DNA from: Cyanidioschyzon merolae
Taxonomy: Eukaryota
Reading direction: 5' to 3' (one strand)
NCBI GenBank assembly: GCA_000091205.1
Contig: AP006489.2
DNA length: 64,000 nt
Each line of letters opens with the position of its first letter. Within the stretch, counting starts at the first letter, position 1. Positions 1 to 11,164 of the stretch are shown here, piece by piece. The notes beneath the pieces are model-generated. The model was not told the origin of the DNA and made no database searches. It worked only from the letters and a program-made list of their open reading frames with translations. Made by a program: the position numbers and the translations under genes.

Positions 1-9
1 CCCCCCATT
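1..9. repeat. single telomere-like unit CCCCCCATT (complement of AATGGGGGG) at the window edge, followed by AT-rich subtelomere-like DNA (1-600)
   Basis: Sequence begins ccccccatt; only one unit is visible because the window starts here. Bases 1-600 are markedly AT-rich compared with the rest of the window. Confidence 0.25.
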
Positions 10-1346
10 CTCCATCATCCTCATATTTTTATCTTTCTTGTATATCGGATTATCTTTCTGTATTTACCGCTTTTTATTAAAGATTTTTTGTTCCATTTTT
101 TTCTATATCTTTGTTTATAGATTGCAGAATAGATCAGTGCCGGGCGTTGCTATTATAACGGATTCGATTTTGGTACAGCTTCTTAGGTATAAGGCAGGGT
201 TTTTTTTAAATAATGTGCTCTAATCTACGTAGTATTTGGAGGCAAGCTCTGCCTGCATTTTCATAGCACCTTTTTTCAAGACTCTTTTGTCACCCTGCTT
301 TGTCTCCTTAATAATAGAGTACTTTCCGGCATGCTCCTTATATCAACTCTTTTGGCTCTCTTCTTTCTAATTGATATTAGACCAAAAATTTACCATGTTA
401 TAAATCGTTGCTCTGTACTTATTAGCACCCGTTCTAGTCTTTATATCGACTATGATTTGGATGCTTTTTCTAGGGGCGAATCCTTTTCTGTAATTTTTCA
501 TGGGATTAATCATATTTCTGTTTTCATTTCTTACATGTAGTTTATTCTTGATAATCACTCTCGCTCGTTTTCTCTTCGTTTTTTCTCTCCATGTTAGGTT
601 CGCTGTCTTGTACTTGTAATTGTACGCCTTTGCTTTTTTTTGTGGGCATCATCATACCTTACGAGGTTCTAATCGGCAATTTTCATATGTTTACACTTTT
701 GATAGTGAACCTTTCCTTTATCGTTCCTGTGCTTGAGAGGAAATCTCGAGCCGCTATAAACCAATTTTGGCTTTTTCCGCCCAGCGAAAATCTGGTTAAC
801 GTATCATATACTGTAGCAATTCTCCCGCGACTTGAGCGAGTGTATCCCATTTGGGGTACAGGGTGCTTCCCTCCGATCGAATCTCGATTGCGCGCAAATC
901 CGTTCATGAGCATATCCACATACGAAACCGATAATCTCTCACTTCGAGCATATTTCGACGGATGCCTTTGGCACCTGAGAGCACCCATGGAATTCTCAAC
1001 GATCCATGCACCTGTAGAGTTGATCGCATCTTTTTCAATCGGACCGCCTCGGATGCTGTAGCCACGGTTGGTTCTTTTCTCCAGTTCATTTTTTTGACGA
1101 CAAATGTTTCTGACTGGATTTCTCTTTTGCGGAAATCCTCTCTCTGCAAGGCACTCCGCCTTCCCTATTGGTGCTAAGATTTCGTTCTTGGTCCGCATAT
1201 CAAAACAGCCTCCCCCTGGATCTTTTTCGGTTCGGAGAATCCTACTACGAATAATACTCGTAAAAAAAGCCGCAAAGTGTCTGCAAGGCATCTCAGAGTT
1301 GGTCTCCAGTATCAGCTCTCCCCCTTCTTTGCTTCGCAGCGCATTC

Positions 1347-2964
1347 TTAGCAGGCAACAGCTATAGCATTCACGCGACTATCTTTCAGAATACGTGCTGC
1401 ACTTGTCCATACGCGGTACAGTCCTTCTGCATATGGCATGATACCTTCCGTGCTGTCAGAGCCGAGCGCTGATCCCCATATCTTGCGCAAAAGTTCAACC
1501 CGCGCAGGCCACAATACAGCATGTGCCACAGTGTGCGATGCATAGGTCCCGTAGCAACTAACAAGAATTCCGTCTACCACAAGGTGCCCTGAGCGCGTCA
1601 GCGGCGCATAGAGGCCATCACTCGTAACGAGAGTGTCAATTGCCACCACGGGGTCCGGCAGGTGCGCAGCAATGTCGAATAAGGCGTCGCCTATGCGGAT
1701 ATCTTCTGCGAAAACCGCTTCACCTACAGACGTCTCCAGTTCGAGGATCTTCTGTATGTGCTGCTCTTTCTCATGTGAAAGACTCGACACAGCTGTCATT
1801 TTGCGGCCCGGGACTCTCGGGTTCTCGTTCATCCGGTACACCAGATGCTGCCTCGTCAAGCGCAGCTCCTTCCCCGAACGCGTCTTGATCAATAGGATTT
1901 CTGCTGTGGCGCGAGTCTCTTTGTGCAACCACCCCAGAACTGTGTCCTCGACCAGTCGCCCACGTGAATCGACGCCGATTACGGTCATACCCGGGCGCAA
2001 TTCGCTTATCCGCCGCGTCTTGCCAAGACCATCAATAAGCACCGAAGCACCCGCTGGGAAGCAGACCGCAGCGCCGCCACCCACAGAAACCTGTGTAACA
2101 TTTGCTGTCGGTGAAGGCGTCACTGAGACGGTAGGCGTAGGCGTTGCTGAAGTTGTCGGTGTTGGTGTCGGTGTCGGTGTAGGTGTGGGTGTGGGTGTTG
2201 GCACAACTTTCGGAGTCGAGATCGCCACGTGACTCGCTCCACTTGGCAGGATACTTGGAACGCTACTTGTAAAATTGGTAGAGATCTTCGTCACGTTGGA
2301 TACGAGCGCGGTAGGTGCTAAGATAGAGATATTGTAGCTTGCATTCACTGCTGATGTTGCGCTGAATACACGTTGAACGTCGAGGCTGCTTCTCTCGTAC
2401 CAGTCGGCGAACCGCGAGGCTATGGACACGAAGATACTATCGCAGTTATCCGACACAGTGACGTTCGCTCCAGTTCCATTCAGCTTGGTTTCTAAGTTAT
2501 CCTGGAGAACGACCGCAACATCAACACACACGGTCTTGTTCACCACACTGACCACCGCAGAGAATGCAACACCGGCTATTGCCGGGGTAGGCGTAGGTGA
2601 CGGTGTTGCCGTCGGCGTAGGTGTTGGTGTAGGTGTCGCAGTTGGCGTGGTGTCGGTGTCGCAGTTGGTGTTGGCGTCGGTGTAGGTGTCGGTGTCGCGG
2701 TTGTCGTAGGCGTAGGCGTGGTGTGCAGTTGGTGTAGGTGTCGGTGTAGGTGTCGCGGTTGCCGTAGGCGTAGGCGTTGGTGTTGCAGTCGGTGTAGGTG
2801 TCGGTGTAGGTGTCGGCGTTGCAGTTGGCGTAGGTGTTGGTGTCGGCGTTGCAGTTGGCGTAGGCGTTGGTGTCGGTGTCGGTGTCGCAGTTGGCGTAGG
2901 CGTTGGTGTCGGTGTCGGTGTCGCAGTTGGCGTAGGCGTAGGCGTTGGTGTCGCAGTTGGCGTT

Positions 2965-2999
<35 letters not shown>

Positions 3000-3354
3000 T
3001 GCAGTTGGCGTAGGCGTCGGAGTTGCAGTCGGTGTTGCAGTTGGTGTCGCAGTTGGTGTTGCCGTCGGCGTAGGCGTAGGCGTAGGCGTTGGTGTCACAG
3101 TTGGCGTTGGTGTTGCAGTTGGCGTAGGCGTTGGCGTAGATGTTGGTGTCGGTGTCGCGGTTGCCGTAGGCGTAGGCGTTGGTGTTGCAGTTGGTGTAGG
3201 TGTCGGTGTAGGTGTCGGCGTTGCAGTTGGCGTAGGCGTTGGTGTCGCAGTTGGCGTAGGTGTTGGTGTCGGCGTTGCAGTTGGCGTAGGCGTTGGTGTC
3301 GGTGTCGGTGTCGCAGTTGGCGTAGGCGTAGGCGTTGGTGTCGCAGTTGGCGTT

Positions 3355-3395
<41 letters not shown>

Positions 3396-3618
3396 GGCAG
3401 TTGGTGTTGCCGTCGGTGTCGGTGTTGCAGTTGGTGTCGCAGTTGGTGTTGGCGTCGGAGTTGCAGTCGGCGTAGGCGTAGGCGTAGGCGTTGGTGTCGC
3501 AGTTGGCGTAGGCGTTGGTGTCGGTGTTGCAGTTGGCGTAGGCGTAGGCGTTGGTGTCGCAGTTGGCGTTGGTGTTGGTGTCGGCGTCGGTGTCGGGGTT
3601 GCAGTTGGCGTAGGCGTT

Positions 3619-3671
<53 letters not shown>

Positions 3672-4026
3672 TGCAGTTGGCGTAGGCGTCGGAGTTGCAG
3701 TCGGTGTTGCAGTTGGTGTCGCAGTTGGTGTTGCCGTCGGCGTAGGCGTAGGCGTAGGCGTTGGTGTCGCAGTTGGCGTTGGTGTTGCAGTTGGCGTAGG
3801 CGTTGGCGTAGATGTTGGTGTCGGTGTCGCGGTTGCCGTAGGCGTAGGCGTTGGTGTTGCAGTTGGTGTAGGTGTCGGTGTAGGTGTCGGCGTTGCAGTT
3901 GGCGTAGGCGTTGGTGTCGCAGTTGGCGTAGGTGTTGGTGTCGGCGTTGCAGTTGGCGTAGGCGTTGGTGTCGGTGTCGGTGTCGCAGTTGGCGTAGGCG
4001 TAGGCGTTGGTGTCGCAGTTGGCGTT

Positions 4027-4061
<35 letters not shown>

Positions 4062-4892
4062 TGCAGTTGGTGTTGCCGTCGGTGTCGGTGTTGCAGTTGG
4101 TGTCGCAGTTGGTGTTGGCGTCGGAGTTGCAGTCGGCGTAGGCGTAGGCGTAGGCGTTGGTGTCGCAGTTGGCGTAGGCGTTGGTGTCGGTGTTGCTGTT
4201 GGCGTAGGCGTAGGTGTTGGTGTCGGTGTCGCGGTTGCCGTAGGCGTAGGCGTTGGTGTTGCAGTTGGTGTAGGTGTCGGTGTAGGTGTCGGCGTTGCAG
4301 TTGGCGTAGGCGTTGGTGTCGCAGTTGGCGTAGGTGTTGGTGTCGGCGTTGCAGTTGGCGTAGGCGTTGGTGTCGGTGTCGGTGTCGCAGTTGGCGTAGG
4401 CGTAGGCGTAGGTGTTGGTGTTGCCGTCGGTGTCGGTGTCGGTGTTGCAGTTGCCGTCGGTGTCGGTGTCGGTGTTGCAGTTGCCGTAGGCGTAGGTGTT
4501 GGTGTTGCCGTCGGTGTAGGCGTTGGTGTTGCCGTCGGTGTATGCGTTGGTGTTGGTGTTGGTGTCGGTGTTGCAGTTGGCGTAGGCGTAGGTGTTGGTG
4601 TTGCCGTCGGTGTCGGTGTCGGTGTTGCAGTTGCCGTCGGTGTCGGTGTCGGTGTTGCAGTTGCCGTAGGCGTAGGTGTTGGTGTTGCCGTCGGTGTATG
4701 CGTTGGTGTTGGTGTCGGTGTCGGTGTTGCAGTTGGCGTAGGCGTAGGTGTTGGTGTTGCTGTCGGTGTAGGCGTTGGCGTTGCCGTCGGTGTATGCGTT
4801 GGTGTTGGTGTTGCCGTCGGTGTTGGTGTCGGTGTTGCAGTTGGCGTAGGCGTAGGTGTTGGTGTTGCCGTCGGTGTAGGCGTTTTTGTTGC

Positions 4893-4931
<39 letters not shown>

Positions 4932-5297
4932 TGCCGTCGGTGTAGGCGTTTTTGTTGCCGTCGGTGTCGGTGTCGGTGTCGGTGTTGCCGTCGGTGTAGG
5001 CGTTTTTGTTGCCGTCGGTGTCGGTGTCGGTGTCGGTGTAGGCGTAGGCGTTGGTGTCGCAGTTGGCGTAGGCGAAGGTGTCGGTGTTGCCGTCGGCGTT
5101 GATGTTGCTGCTGCCGTAGGTTGTACGATTATCACTTTTTCCAACCAAAACATTACCAGGACGAGCATCAACATAAAGCGAAAAGCTCGTTGGTGTCGAC
5201 GGCGTGCTGTTGTAAACCGCTTCTTCTGACTTAGTGCAGTTCCTTTCGCCATACTTGAGAAGAGATATCTATTTGTAGGCTGATTCGTAGAACCCAT
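1347..5297 (-). CDS. giant Hog-type protein: N-terminal signal-anchor, ~850-aa Thr/Pro/Ala mucin-like repeat, N-glycosylation-rich spacer, C-terminal Hedgehog/intein (Hint) autoprocessing domain
   Basis: Single 1316-aa ORF. N-terminus has a hydrophobic stretch [13 protein letters not shown] long (TPTPTA)n run follows. The C-terminal 238 aa starts with the VCFPAGASV Cys nucleophile context and has a TxxH motif in RLTRQHLV. It also has [21 protein letters not shown] (compare hedgehog [21 protein letters not shown]) and [14 protein letters not shown]. Confidence 0.8.
1350..2066 (-). other. Hint/Hog autoproteolytic module (C-terminal domain of the preceding CDS)
   Basis: Hint motifs as listed above: Cys-Phe start, TxxH, and the SCYG block. 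It is followed by an ARR-like tail (about 60 aa). Confidence 0.75.
2570..5100. repeat. coding hexanucleotide tandem repeat (GGTGTY GGCGTW on the plus strand; ACNCCN, i.e. Thr-Pro, on the minus strand) with ~650-bp higher-order periodicity
   Basis: A near-identical ~400-bp block (for example starting ggtgtcggtgtcggtgtcggtgtcggtgtt gcagttggcgtaggcgtcggagttgcag) recurs at about 2990, 3640 and 4030. All six frames are open as a compositional artefact. Confidence 0.9.
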
Positions 5298-6129
5298 TCG
5301 TTCTTTAAACCAGGAACTTTTGCGCTATACGAAAGCTGGCGGGTACCGTAAGGCTTGCCGTGTTTCCACGTCATTTTCGCGCTGTGACGCGCGAACGGAG
5401 AACCTGTACATAACGCCCATTCCGACGCCGGTGTAACGGAACGGGCGGCTGCTCCTATACCTATGCACCTATAACGGACATTTTTCTCGTGACACCCATA
5501 TGACGTGTAGACACGACAGGGGGCAGCCGACGCCGCCAATTGGTGCGATCGCCACCATCGCGGTGCACGGCGTCTCGCTCTAGCCGCCGCCCTCTGTGGT
5601 ACGGCAACGCCGTTCCGCCTACGTGCAGCGGCCGCACCGGCGCTATGAGCGCCATTGCTGTCGGTTTTGGCAGGCAGTTGGCGCACACGATAGGGCGTAC
5701 GAGACGACCGGAATATCCGAGAGGATGTATAGATAATGTATCATGGAGGTAGGGGGTTGATGGATACCGAACTGCGCACTGAAAAAACACACAAAAAAAA
5801 AGTACGAAGAATAAAATGCACATAATCGGAGAACGCTGGCCTAAGTAAACGTCTTGTCCATGAAAAAATAGAATCGGGCTCGGTGGGCGGACGTTGGTGA
5901 TCAGGCAGTCGACTGACGCGATGCGTCTCTCCGTTGAAGGAAAACGCGATCCTGATCACTTGCGTGCCGCTCTACTATACAAGTTGTATTTGCGTTAGAG
6001 ACGTAGCAAAGTACAGTTTTTCAGTTCATTTGTGCTTAAAACTTCAAGAAAGTGCAGTCACGTGTTGTTTTGCAGTATGCATCAGGGGCGATTAGAGAGC
6101 ATTCTTTTTCAAAAAAAATAACTATCAAA

Positions 6130-8261
6130 AGGAATGTTGTACAAGTGCAAGTCGACGATCCTGGAGTCCCAGGGTCACCGGCTGCCAGAAAGAACAACAA
6201 AAAGTGCTGAGTCCAGAAGAAAAGGAAGAGAAAATGAAGCAAAAAGCGGCCCCAAGTCGGAGGCGGCAGGAAAGACGACTGTACGACCATATGGTGGTGA
6301 AAGCCTGCCTCCTTAAACATATCAAGGATCCCTACGGGGAAAATTGCGAAACGCTATTAGAAATCGTGTCGAGTTGCACACCATGCGTATGATAAAGGCG
6401 TCGTCAGTACAAATGAATCCGGTGAAGGAGATGTACGGAGGCGTGACACACATGGAAACAATCGAGCCTCCCGATGAGTTCTTCGATTAGACCTCTATTC
6501 GTCACCTGAAGCTCGGTACAGAGAAAGCGCGGAAGGAAAATGAGGTAGTCCACGCTCTCCATGAAAACTTCGCGGAATTCCGCTTAAAGGGTAATCGATA
6601 CAAGGGTAACCAGGCTAGCTACAAGTACGTGGCAATGAAGTACATTACGAACCTGAAGAACCATTTGAAAGAGAACCTCGAGCGGTTCATGAAACGCGCC
6701 GTGTTTGCGCTCTCCCCAGGCATCCCTCGCAAAGGAAAAGGGGCGATGATCAATGGCATCACGAAGGATCGTAAGCATAAAGATGAGATCGAATGCGTCG
6801 ACAAGAAGGCGTCAAATGAGAGCACGGATGAGGATTCCGTCATCCGCGCGGCTATACAAGAGCATCGTGCGGTACTGGGGCTGGCGAATCCAACAGAAAA
6901 GATATCATAGTTGAAAAACGATAAGGAAAGATACTATCGCCTCATCCTGCGGTATTTCGTGTTTCTGGACCGAGAGCTCGAACGCGAGGCAGAAATGAAG
7001 CTGGGTGAAGAGACAAATGAAGAGTGGGAGAGACGGAAGGCTGTCCTAATGGGGAAGCGCTTCACCGTCGTTCCATTGTCCAATATCAAGTCACATTTCG
7101 TGACTATCGACTCCAGAATCCTTCACGGCATCATGAAGGAGATCAGTCCGGAGTTCAATGTAAGGAAGATAGAGTTCACTGGCCAAAACCGGGAGACGTA
7201 CTGGAAGAACGTCTTCCATCTCAAACGTCTCAAAGTTAACAAACGAAAGGCATTGACTGGGATGATCGAAACCGATGGAGTGGCTATGTGTGTACACGAT
7301 CGGTGGTCCAACCCATAGCGTCCAGTCCCGTCCTCGATGATGCAAGAAGATGAGAAGGAGGTGGATCCTTCGACGCCGAAAGTGCATGAGAACGACTTTG
7401 TCGTTGGCGCGGACCCCGGAAACACATATATCGTTACCGACGCAGTACCCAAGCGTGCGGAAGATGGTACTGACCGCAACTTATGTCAGAAAGATACGCG
7501 TCTGTTGAGTGTCTAGAGCGGGGTACTCTCGAGGATCGGCAATCATGAATGCGAGGAAGGAAATCAAGACATGGACTGCAGAAATGAAGGATCGCCTAGA
7601 AGCTTTGAGCGAGGTGACGAGCCGAGGAGCCGGCTTTCAAGCGTTTCGGGAATTCATGCTAGTTTGTGTTGCCTACTGGGATGCGCTGTGAGAAGCGTAT
7701 ACAAAGCCTCGGTGGGCTCGTCTGCGAATGAATCTATACTGTGGGAAACCGCGGGCATTTGCCATCTTTTTCAGTCAGTTGAGCGCTTTGAAAGAGGATG
7801 AAAGTCAGAGGCTCGTACTAGCATCCGGAGCAGGACGCTGGAAGACCCAAAAAGGGATTACGCCAGCTCCAACGACAACAACATACAAAGAGTGCGCAAG
7901 GCGTTTCGTCACGATACCCGTTGATGAGTTCCGAACATCGTAAACACACCATGAGCTGGGGTGTACACTTCAGAGAGTCGAGATGGAAAAGTGCCAGAGG
8001 AGCCCCGAGGATATACAAAAGTACGGACCGCTGACGGAGGAGCAAATGGAAAGGAGGGCGACAGTTCGAGGATTGCTTGCATCGGTCAGTTCTACTAGCG
8101 GCGGCAAGAAACGTATGGAGTTTGTGAACCGAGACTTGAACGCCGCCATCAACATCAGACGGTGTGCGATGCTGGAGAGGAGACCTCCAGAGTGGACAAG
8201 AGGGTATTTTGTGGACAACCTTTCAAAGTGTTACTATATGAGAAAGAATTGCAAGCTGTAG
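6130..8261 (+). pseudogene. decayed Fanzor/TnpB-like (OrfB_IS605 / RuvC-like RNA-guided nuclease family) gene, about 700 codons, with in-frame stops and a frameshift
   Basis: Frame 2 reads through TAG codons at 6908-6910 and 7316-7318 and continues into ...[18 protein letters not shown] (RuvC-I GIDPG-like). The frame ends at TAG 7512-7514 and continues in frame 3 (7728-8261). There it reads ...TYKECARRFVTIPVDEFRTS*(TAA 7941-7943)...GC..C (zinc-finger remnant)...KKRMEFVNRDLNAAINIRRC (RuvC-III RDxNAAxNI). Confidence 0.75.
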
Positions 8262-8644
8262 CAGTTGGCTGGTCCAAAACGGCTGCGGGGCGTCTGCACC
8301 TCAGTTCCAGAAGTTTCGTCTAGGGCGGGTTTCTCGCCACTACTTTGCACCACTCGCGGGCGCGTTTTTTTCTGGAAAGGCGTTTGTTGTCGCTGCCGTC
8401 ATCCGAAATACCAAAGCCCTCCGTAGATCCTACTCGCGAAAGGCGCAGTTCTGTGCGCTCTGTATCGCTCTTGAGGCGCTGTACTTGTTATCGTCACTAT
8501 CCGCGCACTCGGTGCCACTAAGCATACTTGTATTCTTCGCTCTAGGTTTGTTCGCTGGTGAGAGTCACTCTAGCGTTCGCGCGACCTTCAGGCAGCGCTC
8601 GCTTGCAGCTTTTCGTACCTCAACGCGAACCCTAGGACTGCACC

Positions 8645-9103
8645 ATGCTTCTGCAGAAACGTCTGCTCACAGAGCTTAGAGAGCTCCGCGAAGACCCGAC
8701 AAACTTCTGCCTGGAGCCCGAGGAAGGCAACCCACTCCGGCTGCAAGGCTACCTGCGCGGACCCGCCGCTACACCTTACGAGGGAGGCTGTTTTCGCGTC
8801 GCGCTGACACTACCGCCTGCGTACCCGCTCGTGCCACCGACAGTGCGCTTTCTGACTCCAATATTTCACCCAAACATCAACTTCCGCACCGGCGAAGTTT
8901 GCCTTGACATTCTGCAGTCGGCGTGGTCGCCAGCCTGGAGCCTTGCGTCGTGTCTGAGGGCGATTCAACTGCTCCTCTCAGAGCCGGAGCCGTCGTCTCC
9001 ACTGAACTGCGACGCTGGGAACCTGCTGCGCTGTGGTGATAAACGAGGCTTCTGGTCGATGGCGCGTATGTACACCCTGCTGCTGGCCACGAGCAACGAA
9101 TGA
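8645..9103 (+). CDS. ubiquitin-conjugating enzyme E2 (UBC fold)
   Basis: 152 aa. HPN motif and catalytic Cys are present in FHPNINFRTGEVCLDILQSAWSPA. Confidence 0.85.
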   Translation: MLLQKRLLTELRELREDPTNFCLEPEEGNPLRLQGYLRGPAATPYEGGCFRVALTLPPAYPLVPPTVRFLTPIFHPNINFRTGEVCLDILQSAWSPAWSLASCLRAIQLLLSEPEPSSPLNCDAGNLLRCGDKRGFWSMARMYTLLLATSNE

Positions 9104-11164
9104 TTATACTAGGTTCATTGCGTAGGCTCGCATAACGACCGATGTGGCAGCACCGTTTCCGCAGTTGCGGATGCGCTTCCACGAAAGATGCGCTATCCAA
9201 TTGTGTACCACATCTTTGCCAGCAGCGGTGAAGGGATGCAAGAGCGTGTACGCAATAGAGCCTGTAATGGTGGGAATGGAGGCATACATCGCGTCGCGGG
9301 TGTATGTCGTACGGTGCGGCGTCCGGGCGAGACTGCATAAAAGCTCTCGTACCCGACGCGCGCTTCAGCTGCAGTCATTATGAATTCGATATCTATGAAA
9401 GTCAAGGGCACGATCGCTTCGGCCTGTAGAGTGACGCGGGGCAATGTTCATGGCAGCAGCTAGGCGCTGTCCGGGACTTGGCCAGGTTCCCGGTTGGCGC
9501 TTTGGCAGGCCTCGAGTGAGCGCGAATACCTGGGTGCGAGCGCTTTGGAGTGGAGAACTGTAATGCACAGTTCTGGAGCTGGTGCTAGGTCTTCTGAAAT
9601 CTTATTTCGTACGTTTTGTCAGAGTTTCATGAGCACACAGCAATTCAAATTTGTTTCAAAATGGCTCTAATTTGTAAGAGCCGCTCTCTATGCGAGAAAA
9701 GCTGGCGCTTACTTCATCCGTGCGGACCGCTCGACACATTCTTTCAACCAATCATGCGCTTCCGAGACGCCAGCGAGGATTCCCATGTGCTGACTCGAAC
9801 TGCGTCAAAACGTGTGCCATTGCCTCCTTTTTTGGTTACGAATAGCCTCGCATTGATGATTCCAATAGCTGCCCAGAAAGAAGCGCATGGGGAGCACATT
9901 GCTAACTACCTGCCATTTGACAACCGATGAGCATAGTAAGCAGCACGACGACGAGCTGCAGCTTTGACAAGGATTTCATAGAATCTTGAACAAAAGTGTT
10001 CGCACGGTACCGCAAAATGTCACAGCTTATCCACATTATCCAATGACCTTATACCTCTATCACGGAAAGCCAAACAGTTTACCTACCTCGTAACCAGACA
10101 AATCGGTACTCCTGTGGCCTCAGGCGATCCGCTGCATAGCACGACTCTAGCGTCGAGTCGGATACCAAGTACAGAGAGCCACATCCTGAGATAGCCTGAC
10201 ATCAACCATGATACAGTTTTGCGTAGCGGGGATGCTGTCGCGCCCTTGCAAGGCGTTGCAATGATGCGGATTCGCGTCGCAGTCTAGCGGCTGCTTATCA
10301 TCTCAGTCAAACGAGCAACGAGGTGTCATGGCAAGTGCGCGTCTCTGGACATGTCGCGATCCAAAAGGCACAACTCCGAGGGCCGCAAGATACGCATTTC
10401 ATCCATCAAGCTCCAGCCTGGAGTTTGCTATCATGCTCGCATCCAAGTATCGCATACACGAGGAACGTCATACACTTAGGATCTTAAGAGAACCCAACTG
10501 ATGCGGATACATTGCGCAGCAGATTACAGAACTGCATGACATGCTTTTCCATAGACTAGAAGCGTGTAGCGCTATGGCTCCAAACGCATCATCTTCCGCA
10601 CGGCTTGTGCGGCCGGTTCCTATGGATTCCCATTTTCTATTGTGCGAACGCCGCTTAGAGCACGGCTTTTACGGATATACATCCACGGGCACGCCAAGTA
10701 TCCATCGATCGATCGGTCGATCACGAGGGCGAACACAAGTCGTCCATCAGAGCATGGCCGCACTGTACCAGCAGCGAGTTGCTGCTCGTCTATGACGGTC
10801 CAGACATCCTTTCGTGTCCGCGTACGCTATTCAATAGCATAAATTGAGACTAGTTCTGCAACGGACCTCGCGGAGCGTGCCACTGCAGATGTTCAGATCG
10901 TACACAATACAAGGATAACCCTTCTGCGTCTGGAGCTGCGTCAAACTACTGCTGGAACGCCGAGCCCCTGCATTCCATCGTTATACACCAGGGTCTCGAG
11001 CCTGCTCCCGAGCATGCGCTGCTTTGCAAGTGCGACAACATTCCTTCAACACTGCTAGGGCACAGAGAGTGAGAGCAGGTCAGGCTCTGACACAAACAAC
11101 CTCCGACAGCTCCTCAGGTTTCAAGCACCTCACATGTCCGTAACCTCGCGGACACCGATCGGCA

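Noticed and set aside
2521-5229. Very long ORFs in other frames across the TP repeat (2718-5102 +, Arg/Cys-rich; 3394-5229 +, Gly/Val-rich; 2521-5148 -, Asn/Thr/Asp-rich)
   Set aside because: These are compositional artefacts of a hexanucleotide repeat that is open in all six frames. Only the minus-strand TPTA frame is continuous with a signal anchor and the Hint domain.
5231-5960. Several 70-150-aa ORFs upstream of the Hog gene
   Set aside because: They have Arg/Ala-rich low complexity and overlap each other. This is more likely promoter/5' region of the Hog gene.
6510-6530. ACAGAGA-like box (ggtacagagaaagcg) reminiscent of U6 snRNA
   Set aside because: The downstream sequence does not continue as GATTAGCATGG... 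and the motif lies inside the Fanzor-like reading frame. This is a chance match.
6908-7943. In-frame TAG/TAA codons in the Fanzor-like ORF as evidence of stop-codon reassignment
   Set aside because: Confident genes in the same window (nitrate reductase ends TAA, CCT6 ends TAG) use these codons as terminators. A frameshift is also present, so pseudogenisation is the simpler explanation.
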